DNA of 64,000 nucleotides from Glaucostegus cemiculus (GCA_976551045.1 CDPCPM010000007.1:10726001-10790000); one strand, 5' to 3'; positions 50,880 to 64,000 are shown, numbered from the stretch's first letter. Notes: generated from the sequence alone by a model not told the origin. Translations and numbers: made by a program.

Positions 50880-51410
50880 GTTAATCTGAAATAAGATGGA
50901 TAATCTGAATCAGGTCACTATTAATAAGGAGGAGGTGTTAGACGTCATGGGACACATAAGGTTGATAAATCTCCAGGTCTGAATGAGCTCTATCCCAGGT
51001 TGCTATGGGAAGCAAAGGAGGAGAAGCCAGGAACTACAGGCCAGTGAGCTTTGTCAGTGGTAGGGAAATTATTGGAGAAAACCTTAAGGGATCAGATTTA
51101 TGTACATTTGAAAAGGCATAGATTGATCTGGGATAATCAGTATGGCTTTGTGTGGAGGGAAATCCTGCCTCACTTATTTCATGGAGTCTTTTGAGGAGGT
51201 AACCAAAAAGATTGATGAAGGCAGGGCAATAGATGTTGTCTATATGGAGTTTAGCAGGAGTATAGTGTATAGTTTTGGTCTACTTAACAAAGGAAGGATG
51301 TATTTGCCATAGAGGCAATGCAGCTAAGATTCACTAGACTGGTTCCAGGGATGGTGGATTTGCCAGATGGGAGAGATTGAGGTAGAGTGGGACTGTATTC
51401 TTTAGAGCTT
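50880..51410 (+). mobile_element. CR1 fragment with internal deletions
   Basis: KVDKSPG, QYGFV, FEEVTKKIDEGRAIDVVYMEFS and RFTRLVPGM remnants. Confidence 0.85.
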
Positions 51411-51509
51411 CGAGCTTCTCTTTTCTGCCTTACCCTTGGTGATGAGGAACTGCGCAAATTCAAACCTGATCTTTCACCAAACACACGAAAGCTTAGATTG
51501 CCCTTTTCA

Positions 51510-52925
51510 GAATCAGAATCAGTTTTATTGTCACTTTCAATATACACATTCAGCATGCATAGGAGTGAAATACCGTACTCCACAGATCAAGGTGCTCGTC
51601 ACATTAAAACAATGAGAGACACAAAGACAGAAAGACATTAACAACATTGGAATCACAAAATTAAATAGAGACTTGAATAAACAGTCTTAAAGTGAGCTTA
51701 CTGAGGCAGCAGACAACGGACATTTAAAGTGCTGGTGCATTTTTGTACGCCTAGCATCCTTTGGTGTTGGCAGGAGGGATGGCGAAATGAGGGAGTTCAT
51801 GGTTCTGATAGCTTGTGGGAAGAAGCTATTGCACAGTCTGGTAGTCCTTGCCCGGATGCACTGGAGCCTTCTTCCGGATGGCAAGAGTGTAAAGGGGTGG
51901 TAGGAGGGGTGAGAAGGGTCCAACCTTATGTTTGTGGCCTTTCTGATACATTGATCCATATATACATCTGCAATAGAGGGTAGAGAGACACCTATGATCT
52001 TCTCTGCCTCTCTCACTATTCTCTGAAGGGACTTCCTTTCAGCAGCTGAGCAGCTCCCATACCAGACGGTGATGCAGTGTGTCAGGATACTCTCAATGGT
52101 CCCTCTATAAAAAGTTTTCATAACAGAAGGATGGGAGTTCACTTTCCTCAGTCTCCGCAGGAAGTAGAGGCGTTTCTGGGCTTTCTTGGTGAGGGCTGTG
52201 GTGTTAATGGACCAGGTCAGGTCATCAGTGATGTGCACCCCAGGAACTTGGTGCTGTTGACTTGTTCCACCACAGACCCATTGATGGTCAGTGGGGCGTG
52301 CACACGGCAACCTTCCCTGAAATCCACTACCATCTCCTTGGTTTTTCCCACATTCAGGGAGAGGTTGTTGTTGCTGCACCACATGGCCAGTTGCTTCACC
52401 TCTTCTCCATAGTTTGTTTCATTGTTGTTCGTGACAAGACCCACCACTGTTATGTCATCAGCAATTTTAACAGTGTGGTTGGAGCTGGATCTGGCCACGC
52501 AGTCGTAGGTCAGCAAGGTGAACAGGGGCGGACAGAGCACACAGTCCTGAGGGGAGCTAGTGCTCAATGTGATGGTGCTCGAGGATTTTTCTCCTATTTT
52601 GACTGACTGCGGCCTGCAAGTGAGAAAGTCCAGTATCCAGTTGCAGAGAGGTGTGTTAAGGCCCAGTGTGCTCAACTTCCCAATCAGCTGTTGTGGGATG
52701 ATGGTGTTGAATGCAGAGCTGAAGTCGATGAACAGTAGTCTGACATAAGTATCTTTCTTTTCCAAGTGAGATAGCGCTGACTGCAGGGCAGAGGATACTG
52801 CATCATTTGTAGACCTGTTTGCCCGTTATGCATATTGATGGGGATCCATGGTTGGGGGAAGGATGGATCTGACGTGCCTCATGACTAGCCTCTCAAAACA
52901 TTTCATAATAAGGGATTTCAAAGCA
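51510..52925 (-). mobile_element. 5'-truncated, relatively young Rex1/Babar-like LINE (RT and C-terminus)
   Basis: ORFs 52217..52765 ([21 protein letters not shown]) and 51687..52382 ([19 protein letters not shown]), joined by a frameshift. (GATTCT)n tail. Possible TSD TTTCA at 51505-51509 and 52926-52930. Confidence 0.93.
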
Positions 52926-53291
52926 TTTCATATCTGTTAACTTTCAAATTTGCTTTGAATGAGGATGAAATGGAATGAGAAAATACCTTTGGTTCTATAT
53001 CACTTTCAAAACCAAATTTGAGAGTTAAGAGATCTGTGGAGGGTACTCTAAAGGTTTCATCTGTTTGATGAAAGATCAAGTTTGAGTCATTGCTGCTCCG
53101 CATCACTGAGTAGAAAGCAGGAAAGAGACATTCCATCTCTTCTAGTACTGGTTTATAATTCAGTGAGGGGTTTTACCGAATATTAAATGTATGATTTGTG
53201 ATTCATTCCTGAAAAGGTGTCCATCATCAGACGGATGTTTACAGTTTATCAGTGTAAACAATGTGATAAACTGAGAACTGGAAAACATTTC

Positions 53292-53495
53292 TATAAGACA
53301 TAGGAGCAGAATAAGGCCACTCAGCCCATTGAAACTGCTCTGCCATTTGATCATAGTTGATTTATTTTTCCCTCTCAACACCGTTCTCTTGCCTTCTCCC
53401 CATAACCTGACACTCTTACTAATCAAGGGCCTATCAACCTCTAATAAATATACCCAATGACTTGGCCTCCACAGCCATCTGTGGCAATGAATTTA
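53292..53495 (-). mobile_element. CR1 3' end, same subfamily as 9310-13500
   Basis: aagacataggagcagaa..ggcca.tcagcccattga..aatgacttggcctccacag closely matches 9320-9520. Confidence 0.85.
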
Positions 53496-54199
53496 AAAAT
53501 TTGTCTTGCTGGAATCTTCTGTAACTGTCTGTGAATCTCCTCTTCACATTTTCTTTTTTTAAAAAACAGCTTCCAAAAATTAGAACTACTAACAAAATAT
53601 AGGTGAAAACCAGAAGCTTTACCAGATTTCTTTTAAAGAAGCTGAATTCTGAAACAGTCAGTACCTTTAACCATACTTACAGATATCTTAGTCCTACAAA
53701 GTTTCCATCAGAACACAGCATTATACTTACAAATACATAAAGTTTTCAACTGCATCACAGTAATTAATCCAGATTTCCACCCACAATTACTGAAACTAGT
53801 CACAGTAATCCTGCTATCAATCGCCCACTCAAGATTTATGTTCTGTAATGATCTTGCCTTCACAGGACATTGTTTTTTCACTGTGCATCTCAGAAGTTAA
53901 TGTTCACAATGAGTACTTCCACATGGTTAAAAAACTAACCACAAAAGCTTTAGAGTTGGGCATTTTGTGGCTTGACAAGATTTGCAAAGTCATTCAAGCA
54001 CAAAGGTGAGTAAAGGGGAATCATGACTAATACCACATTACAATGGTAAAAGATGTGGTATGGGAATGGGTTGGAGGAGAGTGATAGAGGAAGAACTGGG
54101 CATAATGTAATAACAATTATAGATTAAAAAGGACTTGCTTTCAGTCCCTATTGATCTGTAACCTCCAAGATGTCAGTGTAAGAGAAGCAAACAGCTGCA

Positions 54200-57100
54200 G
54201 GTAGTGAATTATTTAATACGTGGGATAAAGGTACTTGACTCATCCTACCAATCTATATGTAGCACATATGACAGCATTGATTGAAGTGACCACTGCACAG
54301 TTACTGAAAGGCAAAATCCTATCTTCAGTCCAAGGACACCCTCCATCATGCTGTGCAGCACAACAATTGTGTTAAATAGGATAAACTCAACAGATCTGGC
54401 AGCTTGAAACAGGGCATCAATGAGGTAAAGTGGACCATCCACAGCAGAACAGTACAACACAATTTGTTACCTTGTGGCACAACATATACCTCACTCTAGC
54501 AAGCCAGGGCTTAACCCTATTAAGAAGTGCCAAAGGGCATGCAAGCAGCGGCACCAGGCACACCAATACAGGAATACTGTGTGCTAAAAACAGCAACAGC
54601 AGGCAATAGCCAAAGCTAAGTTATCTCAATATCAACAGGTCAGATCAAAACTCTGCAGTCCTATAACATTTAGTAATGAGTGTGATGGACAATTAAACAG
54701 CTAACCAGAGGTGGAAGCTCCAAGGGCGTTCCTTTCCTCAATGATGGTGGGTAACAATGTGAGTACAAAAGGCTGATGCATTCACAACCACATTCAGCCA
54801 TAAGTGCCACCTCAGCTTCCTCCTGAGCTCCCCACCATCATGGAACATGGTCCTTAACCAACTTGATTCAATCCATGTAATATCAAGAAACAGATGAGAT
54901 CAATGGACATAGCAAAAGCCATGGAGTAGACAACATCTCAGTTCTAATATTGAAGACCTGCACTTCAGAAATAACCGTACTTCTAGCCAAGCCATTTCAG
55001 TATGGTATCAACACTAGCATCAACCCAAAAATGTGAAAACTGCCCAGATATCTCCTGTTCATAAAAAGCACCCAGTCTGGAACATAGAAGAGTACAGCAC
55101 AGAACAGGCCCTTTGGCTCAGTGTTGTGCCAACATAGCTATTCCCTACTACCTACAGAATGCCCATATCCCTCCATTTTCCTCTCATTCATGTGCCCATC
55201 CAAGCCCCTCTTAAAAGCCCCCAATGGATTTGCCTCCACCACCCTATCAGGCAGCACATTCCAAGCACCTGTCACTGAGTAAAAAAAACTTACCCCTCAA
55301 GTCTGTTCTGAACCTAACCCCCCCCCCCCCCACCTTAAATGCATGCTCTCTGGTACTGGATCGCTCAATAATAGGAAAAGGATATTGCTTGTCCACCCTA
55401 TTTATGCCCCTCATAATTTTTATACACTTCCAACAGATCACCCCTCAGCCTCCGCCGCTCCAGAGAAAAGAGTCCAAGTTTATCCAGACTCTCCTGATAG
55501 CACATGCCCTCTAATCCAGGCAGCATCCAGGTAAACCTCCTCTGCACCTGCATCCTCTCTAAAGCCTCAACATCCCTCCTATAATGAGGTGACCAGAGTT
55601 GCACACAATACCTTAAATGCGGCCTAACCAGAGTTCTATAGAGATGCAACATAACTTCTTGACTCTTATACTCAATACCTCGATTAATAAAAGCAAACAT
55701 TCCACAAGCCTTCTTAAACTCCTATCTACTTGTGCAGCCACTTTCAAAGAGCCATGGACTTGCATCCCAATTTCTCTCTGCTCTTCAACACTGTTAAGGG
55801 ACTTGCTCTTTAGAGTGTACTGCCTCTTGACATTATTCCTAACAAGGTGCAACACCTCATATTTATCTGGGTTAAACTCCATCTGCCATTTCTCTGCCCA
55901 CATCTGCAGCTGTTCAATATCACACTGTATCCATCACATGTCTTCTACACTATTCAGAACTCCACCAATCTTGGTATCATCTGCAAACTTACTAACCCAC
56001 CCATCAACATACTCATCCAGGTCATTTACGTACATCACAAACAGCAGAGGCCCCAGCACAGATCCCGGCAGAACACCACTACTCAAAGACCTCCAGCCCG
56101 AATAAATCCCTTCAACCACCACCCTCTGTCTTCTGTGGGCGAGTTCTGGATCCACACAGCCAATTCTCTACCGACCCCATGCATCTGAACTTTCTTGATT
56201 AACCAATGATATGGGATCTTGTCTACTGCAAATCCTTAACAAAATGATAGCAATATCATTGACAATGCAATCATGTAGCACTTTGCCAGACCACCTGACT
56301 CCAGACCTTAGTGTTTTGGTCCAAATGTGAACCAAGGAGCTGAATTCCAGAAGTGAGATAAGAGTGACTGCCCTTGATATGAAGGTGGTATTTGACTGAA
56401 GTCAATGGGCATCAACAACAAAAGACTCCAATGGCTGGAGTCATACCTTATACAAAGGCTAAGGTCAATCATGGGACCTTCATGACATTGCTGCAGGAGT
56501 TCCTCAGGACTACAGCTCAGATCCAAACATCTTCAGCTGTTTCATCAATGACCTTCCTTCCATCATAAAGTCAGAAGTTGGGATGTTCACTAATGACTGC
56601 ACAATATTCAATTCCATTCACAGCTCCTCAGTAAGTGAACTAGTCCATCCCTACATGCATCAGGACCTAGATAACATGCAGGTATCAGCTGATATACACC
56701 TACAAGAGCAGGCCAGAGGCTGGGTATCCTACAACATGACTTACCTCCTCACATCCCAAAGTCCTTCCACTGTCTACAGGACACATCAGGAGCGTGATGG
56801 AATAACTCCACTTGCCTGGATGAGTGCAGCTCCATCAACTCTTAAGAAGCTGAACACCATCCAGGGAATAGCAACCTGCATTATCAATACTCCATCTAAC
56901 ATCCTAAATATTCATCCCCTCTATCACCAGCACACAGTGGCTACAGTGGGTACCATTTACAAAATGCACTGCAGATTGCACTCCCAAACTCAAGATCTCT
57001 ACCACCGAGGAGGGTAAGGGCAGCAGACAAACGGGAACATCACAACCTGCAGGTTCCCTGATTTGTTGTTTGTTGTCTGTCCTTCAGTATCATTCAATAC

Positions 57101-57225
57101 ATATCCTGGATCCCTTACACAAAAGTACTGCGTGAGAACCTTCAGTGGTTCAAGAATGTAACCAACCACCACATTCTCAAGGATTATTTGGGATGGACTA
57201 TAAATGATGGTTTTGCAAGTGACTT
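54200..57225 (+). mobile_element. Old CR1-type LINE (54200-55075 and 56240-57225) split by a younger CR1
   Basis: RT remnants AGVPQ..FSCFINDLPS and MFTNDCT..QDLDNMQ..AWMSAAP. Confidence 0.75.
55080..56225 (-). mobile_element. CR1 LINE 3' part nested in an older element
   Basis: ORFs 55934..56155 (GSVLGPLLF..SKFADDTK), 55613..55903 and 55398..55700. Confidence 0.92.
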
Positions 57226-57689
57226 TCAAATGCCAAAAAAAAATGAACAAATTATAAAATGCCAAGCTTGTCACGGCAAAAAAATACCTCAGAACTTTTA
57301 GCCAAAAACATTGGATAGAAAAGAATTCAGTTTCTCCCACCAGAGTTAAGTTAAGGAGGTATATAAAAATGGAACTTCAGAATACAACTTGATCCAGAAT
57401 GCAAGCAATAAATATTTGTTCATTGGGTAAATAAAATATTTGGAGTTATACAAGTCATAAACTATAAAATGTTTTTCTAAAAAAATGTATGTTAGTCTAT
57501 TTGCTTTTTATTCAGTGATGTCTACTGATAAGTTTATGTACATGGATATCAGGATCATGCTTTTCAAATAGTTGACTCAACCATTACACTGACCTTGCAT
57601 TAGAAGAATGGCAATTTGAGAAAAGAATTGCTTGCGACCATAGAAATGAATTTTCTTTGCTACATGTAATGATTTATTGATAGCAAAAG

Positions 57690-57912
57690 ATATCTTTATT
57701 AGTCACATGTACATAGAAACACACAATGAAATGCATGTTTTGTGTAGTGTGTTCTGCAGGCAGCCTGAAAGTGTCGCCACACTTCCAGCTCCAACATAGC
57801 ATGCCCACAACTTCCTAACCTGGACGTCTTTGGAATGTGGGAGGAAACCGGAGCAAACCCACACAGGCACGGGGAGAACGTACAAACTCCTTACAGACAG
57901 CAGCCAAATTCG
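57690..57912 (-). mobile_element. V-SINE with Rex1-like 3' tail, 5' truncated
   Basis: Reverse complement of the V-domain (tgtgggaggaaaccggagca..ggggagaacgtacaaactcc). Tail ends ..gtgactaataaag. Confidence 0.8.
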
Positions 57913-58689
57913 ATAAATGATGGAATGAATTATGTGACAAACTGCATTGCCATTCAATCTACTAGCACATTTTTGCCACTCTGATATTTGATTAGACAAA
58001 CTGGATAGAAGTCCTTTCTCCTCTCAGGTCCTCTATTATTGTCAACAGTAATGGGTATTTTGCTAGATTTAGCCACTCTATTCACCACAACAAATTAGGC
58101 TGTGGGGGAAAAAATAGCAATGGCAAATTGCTAATAACGATTTATGACCAGTGCTTAACTCTTCCGTTGGGAAGCTAAAATCAGGCCATTAAAGCTGGTC
58201 CACCTCACTCCAACAGATAGTCTGAAAGGTATTTTTTCCCCTATCTCTCTCATTTTTAGCTATTTATTTTGCCAGTTATGTCATTTATGTTAGATCAGGT
58301 CATTTGGTCACTCCCACATCCTTATTTGTAATTAGCAAAAACAATGTAATCTCAAACTGTTTTCCAATGAGTTAAGGTTATCAAATACTCTAAGCTTTAC
58401 CACCCTCCATTTACAGATACTGATACCAGTGAAATTTGAGTGGAAGGATTCTTATTTGTTTGGATGTTCATTTCTCTCCCTTCTCTCCTTCCATTTTCTG
58501 TCTCCCCTCCTGCCTGTGCAGAGGAAATAAATGCAGGTATACTGCTTGTAACTAGGTTGAAACATTGCTATAATTGTTCCTTTTTGTGAACACGCTCCAC
58601 ATATTAAGGAAAGTAACAGAACTCTATTGGCTACTTGTTGCACAACAGCATGACACTAACCCCAGAAATGAAGGGATTCCTGCAAAATA

Positions 58690-59890
58690 CCAGCTGCCAT
58701 TTGCAAATGATTCACTTGCACGTCCTCCAATCTAGTATATTGCATTTGATGCATCAAAGAAACCAAACACCGATTGACAATCACTATGCAGAACACTGTA
58801 TTCAGCCTGCAGGAGTGACTCTGCACTTCCACTTCCCTGCTACTTTAATTCTGCATCTGATTCTCACTCTGACCTATCCTCCTACAGAGTTATAACTAGC
58901 CCCAATGCAAGCTTCAAGAACAACACTACATCTCCTGCTTGATCACACCACAGCCTTCTGGCTCAATATCAAATTCTACAGCTTTAGGTAACTTGGTCTA
59001 ACTGTATCAAAACTGGCCATTTCTGCCAGTCATTAATCTGTGATTTTGGCTCAGCTTTTATCAGTGTACAGTCTAACCTACTGGGCATGTCCCATAGCAC
59101 TGCTTTTAGCAACATATAGTACAGGCAAAGCATAATAATTGCCATATTAACCCATTTGGTCTCAGCCTATCAGAGATGATCCCTTTTTTCTTTCCATCTC
59201 TCCTCCATCTTCTGTGCAACTTAAAACTAATCTGTTTTCTCTCTGCAAGTAAAAAGCAAACTGCTGGAAAAATTCAGCAGGTCAGGCTGCATCTGTGGAG
59301 GCAGAGCATAGCTGACATTTCAGGTCGAGATCCTGCATCAAAACTGAGAGTGTAGAGAGCAGATAGGCAGAGATGAGGGGGGAGGTGAGACAGGAGCTGG
59401 CAGGCGATAGGTGGAACCAGGTGAGAGAAGAGTGGAGGCAGAGACAGAAGCTGGAAGGTGATAAGTGGAAATGACAAAGGGCTGCAGATTCTGGATTCTG
59501 AAAAGGAAGGTGATAAGTGGAAACAAATAAAGGAGGGAAGTTGGCCAAATGGAACCAGATGGGGAAAGAGGACACAAGACCCAGTGGGTTAAGTGTGTGG
59601 GTGATGGGCAGTCAGTGGGGATGGAGGAGAAAGAAAGTGGGTAACATGGGGCTGGGAGGAGGGGATGAGAGAACCAAGATAGATCAGAAGGAGCGTGCAA
59701 GGAACATAGGTGGTACGGATTACCTGAAATTGAAAAATTCAATATTCATATCATTGGGTTGTAGACCACCAATTTGGAATATGCACTATTCTACTAGTTT
59801 GCATTTGGCCTCATCCAAGTAGTGGAGAAGACAGAGGACAAACAGGTCATAGTGGGATTGTGAAGTTAAGTTGAAATGGCATGCAACCAG
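58690..59890. mobile_element. Penelope-like remnants (58690-58990 plus strand; 59250-59890 minus strand)
   Basis: Decayed GIY-YIG DNA (caagcttcaagaacaacac..; MNFSISGN) and terminal motif ctgctggaaaaattcagcaggtcaggctgcatctgtgg. Confidence 0.7.
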
Positions 59891-60254
59891 GTTTCTCCCT
59901 TTCCTAGTTCTGACAAAGGTCTTGAACATAAAACATTAACTCTGTTTCTCCTTCCACAGATATTGCCCAATCTGCTGAGAGTTTCTAACATTTTCTGCTT
60001 TTAGATCAGGTTTTCAGGAAGAGGGTAGCAAGAATGTGGGTTTCTTTGAAGAAAAATACAAAAGCATACCGAAAGCATACAAAAATAGTAAGTAACCAGA
60101 AAGGGTAAAAGAGATGACTAAACTGAAACAATTAAATTCTCTAGAGAAAAAAGTACTAGAGAAGCCAAGGGTTGAGATTGGTAGAGGATTTTGTCTTGTA
60201 AATGTTGAGTGCAAGGCCCATCCTCTCATATGTTTCAGTGAATGAACCGACAAT

Positions 60255-60590
60255 AGTTTAATGCTTGGCCTCTGAGTATGTGGAAACACTAGAATCATCT
60301 ACATACTGCAGCTTGACTACTGAGGTTTGGGCATACTTGGTTCTGGAGTATAGTTGTCATCTAAAGGCACTGGAACAATACCACTATGCTGCCTCTACAA
60401 AATCCTTCAAATTCACTGGAAGAAACATCATGAAGCAACATCAGTGTCATTTCCTAGGCCAACATCCCCAGCACTAAGATCTTTGTCACATTCAGTTGGT
60501 TATACTGGACAGACCACATTATTCACACACCTGACACCAGGCTCCCAAAAAGATGCTTTATTGTGGGAAGCGATCAGCGGGTTGCCCAAG
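60255..60590 (+). mobile_element. RTE-clade LINE fragment
   Basis: HLKALEQYH and CLYKILQIHWK match the RTE RT C-terminal pattern (LEKYHQRCLRKILQIHW). Confidence 0.65.
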
Positions 60591-60689
60591 GAGGAGAATG
60601 GTAATGGCAAATGAAGAATAGAAGAGCACAGCACCTAGCCATTGCTATTCCAGAAACATAATACTAACATTCATATATAGCAAATAGTT

Positions 60690-62295
60690 AAGGTTAAGAA
60701 AGTAATGTTGGAATTTCTGAAAAACATGAGGATAGATAAGTCCTGGAGCCAGATGGGATACACCCCAGGTTACTATGGGAAGCGAGGGAAGAGATTGCTT
60801 GGGCATTGACAATGATCTTTGCATCCTCCCTGGCTACAGGAGTGGTACCAGAGGATTGGAGGATGGCAATTGTTGTTCTGTTGTTCAAGAAAGGTAATAG
60901 GAATAATCCTGGGAATTACAGGTCAGTGAGTCTTAAATCAGTGGTGGGCAAACTATTGGAAAGGATTCTTAGGGACAGGATTTACAAGCATTTGAAGAAT
61001 ACTCTTCTTAGGGATAGTCAGTATGGCTTTGTGAGGGGCACGTCGTGCCTCACTAGCCTAGTTGAGATTTTCCAAGGAAGTGACAAAACAAATTGATTAA
61101 GGTAGAGGGGTGGATATGGTGTATGAGGATTTTAGTAAGGCGTTTAACAAGGTTCCCCATGGCAGGCTCATCCAAAAAGTCATGAGGGATTGGATCCATG
61201 GAAACTTGGCTGCATGGATTTGGAATTGGCTTACCAACAGAAGGCAGAGGGTGGTAGTAGATGGAGCGTATTCTGCCTGGAGGTCGGTGACCAGTAGCAT
61301 TCCGCAGGGATTGGTTCTGGGACCCCCTGCTCCTTGTAATTTTTTATAAATGACTTGGATGAGGAAGTGGAAGGGTGAGTTGGTAAGTCTGCAGAAGACA
61401 CAGAAGTTGGCGGTGTAGTAGATAGTGTAGACAGGATGCAGAGTTGGGCAGAGAAGTGGCAGATGGAGTTCAACCCAGAAAAGTGTGGAGTGATACACTT
61501 TGGAAGATCGAATTTGAAGGCAGAATACAAAGTTAATGGCAGGACTCTTAGCAGTGTGGAGGAAATGAGGGATTTTGGGGTCCACATCCACAGATCCCTC
61601 AAGTTTGCCGCGCAGGTCAACAGGGTGTTAACAAGGTGTATAGTGTGTTGACCTTCATTATACATATACCGGGGTATTGAACTCAAGAGCCGCTAGGTAA
61701 TGTTGCAGCTCTATAAAACTGTGGTTAGACCACATGGAGTATTGCGTTCTTTTCTGGTCACCTCATTGTAGGAAGGAAATGGAAGGTTTAGAAAGGGTGC
61801 AGAGGAGATTTACCAGGATGCTGCCTGGATTTGGAAAGCATGTCTTGTGGAGATAGGTTGAGTGAGCTAGGGCTGTTCTCTTTGGAGCAAAGGAGGATGG
61901 GAGGTGACTTGATAGCTGTGCAAGATGATAAGAGGCATAGATCAAATGGACAGTCAGAGACTTTTTCCCCAGGGTAAAAATGGCTAACACATGTGGGCAT
62001 AATTTTAAGGTGATTGGAGGAAGCTATGGGGGGATGTCAGAGGCAAGTTTTTTTTATATATAAACACAGAGTGGTGAGTGCATGGAATGCATTGCCGGCA
62101 GAGGTGGTGGAGGCAGATACATTAGGGACATTTAGGAAACTCTTAGATAGGTACATGAATGATAGAAAAATGGAGGGCTATATGGGAGAGAAGGGTTAGA
62201 TAGATCTTAGAGTAGGAACAAATGTGGGCACAACATCGTGGGCTGAAGAGCCTGTACTGTGCTATAATGTTCTATGTTTTATCTTCTATGTTCTT
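60690..62295 (+). mobile_element. CR1 LINE 3' half
   Basis: VPEDWRMA..PGNYRSVSL, DFSKAFNKVPH, WAEKWQMEFN and a (tgttcta)n tail. Confidence 0.92.
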
Positions 62296-62319
62296 AATAC
62301 CAAATTGAGCGAGGTTATC

Positions 62320-64000
62320 AGAGTTATACACACAGAAACAGCCCCTTCAGCCCAACTCATCCATGCCGACCAAGTGGCCTTTCTGCACTATTCCCATTTG
62401 TCTGCATTTGGCCCACATCCCTGTGAACCTTTCCTCTCCATGGAACTGTCCAAATGCTTTTCAAATGTTTTAACCGTACCCACCTGTACCACCTCTTCTG
62501 GCAGCTCATTCCATAAACACACCATGTTCTGTGTGATACACCTACCCCCAGGTCCCTTTCAAATCTTTCCTCTCTCACTTTAAACCTGAGCCTCTAGTTT
62601 TGGACTCCCCTCCCTTGGGGAAAAGACATTGGCTGTTCATCTGAATAATGTCCATCATGGTTTTGTTTTAAACCTCTCTCAGGTCACGTACACTTCAGGG
62701 AAAGAAGGCTTATCGTAACCAAACCTCTGCTTGTCACCCAAGCCCTCCAGTACCACTAACATCCTCAAATCTCTTTTGCACCCTCTCTAGTTTAATGACC
62801 TTCATCTGACAGCAGGACAACCAGAACTATACTCAGTGCTCCAACGCATCTTCTCAATGGCTTGTGCAGCTGTAACATGACGTCCCAGTTCCAGTCCCCG
62901 ATATTCTGACCGATGAAGGCAAGCAAGTCAAACACTTTCTTCACCATCCTGTCTACCTGTGTTGCCACTTTGAAGGAATCAGGTACCTGCACCCCAAAGG
63001 TCTCTCTGTTCTACAATACTCACAGGGCCCAACCACTTACTGTGTCAGTTCTGTCCTAATTTGTATTACCAAGATGCAACATCTCACATTTATCTGCCAT
63101 TCCTCGGCCCACTGACCGAGCTGGTTAAGATCTGGTTGTAATCTTAGATAAATTTCTTCACTGTCCAGTGCACCTTCCATTTCAGGATCATTTGCAAACT
63201 TACTGACCATGCCACCTACATTCTCATCCAAGTCTTAAATATAAGCAATGAACAACAGCAGACCCAGCATCAATTCCTGTGGCACACTGTTGTTCACAGG
63301 CTTCCAGTCTGAAAAATGACCCTTTGTCTCCTACCATCAAGCAAATATTGTGTCCATTTGGCTCACTCACCCTGGATCACATGTGATCTAACCTTCCAGA
63401 CTAGCCTACCACATGATACCTTGTCAAAAGCCTTGCTGAAGTCCATGTAGACAATGTCCACCACACTTCCCTCATCTATCTTCATGGTTGCCTCTTCAAC
63501 AAAAACTCAGCCACATTTGAGAGATATAATTCCCACACACAGAGCCATGCTGACCATCCATAATCAGTTCTTGCCTTTCCCAATGCAGGCAGATCCTGTC
63601 TCTCAGAATCCCCTCCAATAACTGTCCCACCACAGACGTTCGCCCCACCAGTCTGCAACTTCCAGACTTCTACTTGCAGCCCTTCTTAAATTACAGCACC
63701 ACATGAGCCACCCTCCAGTCTTCCGGCCCCTCACCTGTGGCTATCGATGACACAAGAATCTCCACAAGGGGCCACACAATGTCTCCCTGACCTTCCCACA
63801 ATGTCCCAGGATACACTTGGTCAAGCCTCAGGGCTTTATCCACCTTTGTGCATTTTAAGACCTCTAGCACCTCCTCCACTGTCATGTGGTCTCTCTTCAA
63901 AACAACTCTGTCCTGAGTTCCCTGGCATTCATGTCCTTTTCCACAGTAAATACAGATGAAAAATACTTAAGGACCTCACCTATTTCCTATGATTCCACAT
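62320..64000 (-). mobile_element. CR1 LINE 3' half, tail-to-tail with the previous copy
   Basis: KVDK..PEDWRVAHV, SKFANDP and QWAEEWQ remnants. Confidence 0.9.

Noticed and set aside
52918-53290. ORFs 52918..53136 and part of 53160..53426 as an exon or processed pseudogene
   Set aside because: No recognisable protein. The region is better explained by the palindrome and the adjacent CR1 tail.
1-64000. Prokaryotic systems (CRISPR arrays, operons, retrons) suggested by the many RT fragments
   Set aside because: The DNA is eukaryotic with spliceosomal introns. All RT pieces are decayed non-LTR retrotransposons, and I saw no repeat-spacer array.

Overview
Eukaryotic, AT-rich, CpG-depleted vertebrate DNA. 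The repeat content (abundant CR1 LINEs, Rex1/Babar LINEs, Penelope-like remnants, V-SINEs, DeuSINE-like relics) points to a cartilaginous fish (shark or ray); this is an inference. One protein-coding gene is present, on the minus strand. I assembled 13 coding exons by hand (48550 to 3199, 2090 nt, about 696 codons). All have GT-AG boundaries, matching phases and no stops; the last exon is less certain than the others. They encode TMD0-L0-TMD1 and the start of the NBD1 linker of a sulfonylurea-receptor (SUR, ABCC8/ABCC9-family) ABC protein, and the gene continues past the left edge. The protein is only about one-third identical to human SUR1 where I counted, and its exon map is only partly shared with ABCC8. 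It therefore looks like a deeply diverged third SUR lineage rather than a shark ABCC8 or ABCC9 orthologue. Nearly all other ORFs in the track are decayed retroelement fragments. Structural oddities include a long palindrome split by a Rex1 insertion, a SINE insertion carrying an inverted copy of nearby DNA, and direct repeats flanking one exon. Comparisons to human SUR1 are from memory and need checking by alignment. Repeat boundaries are approximate.
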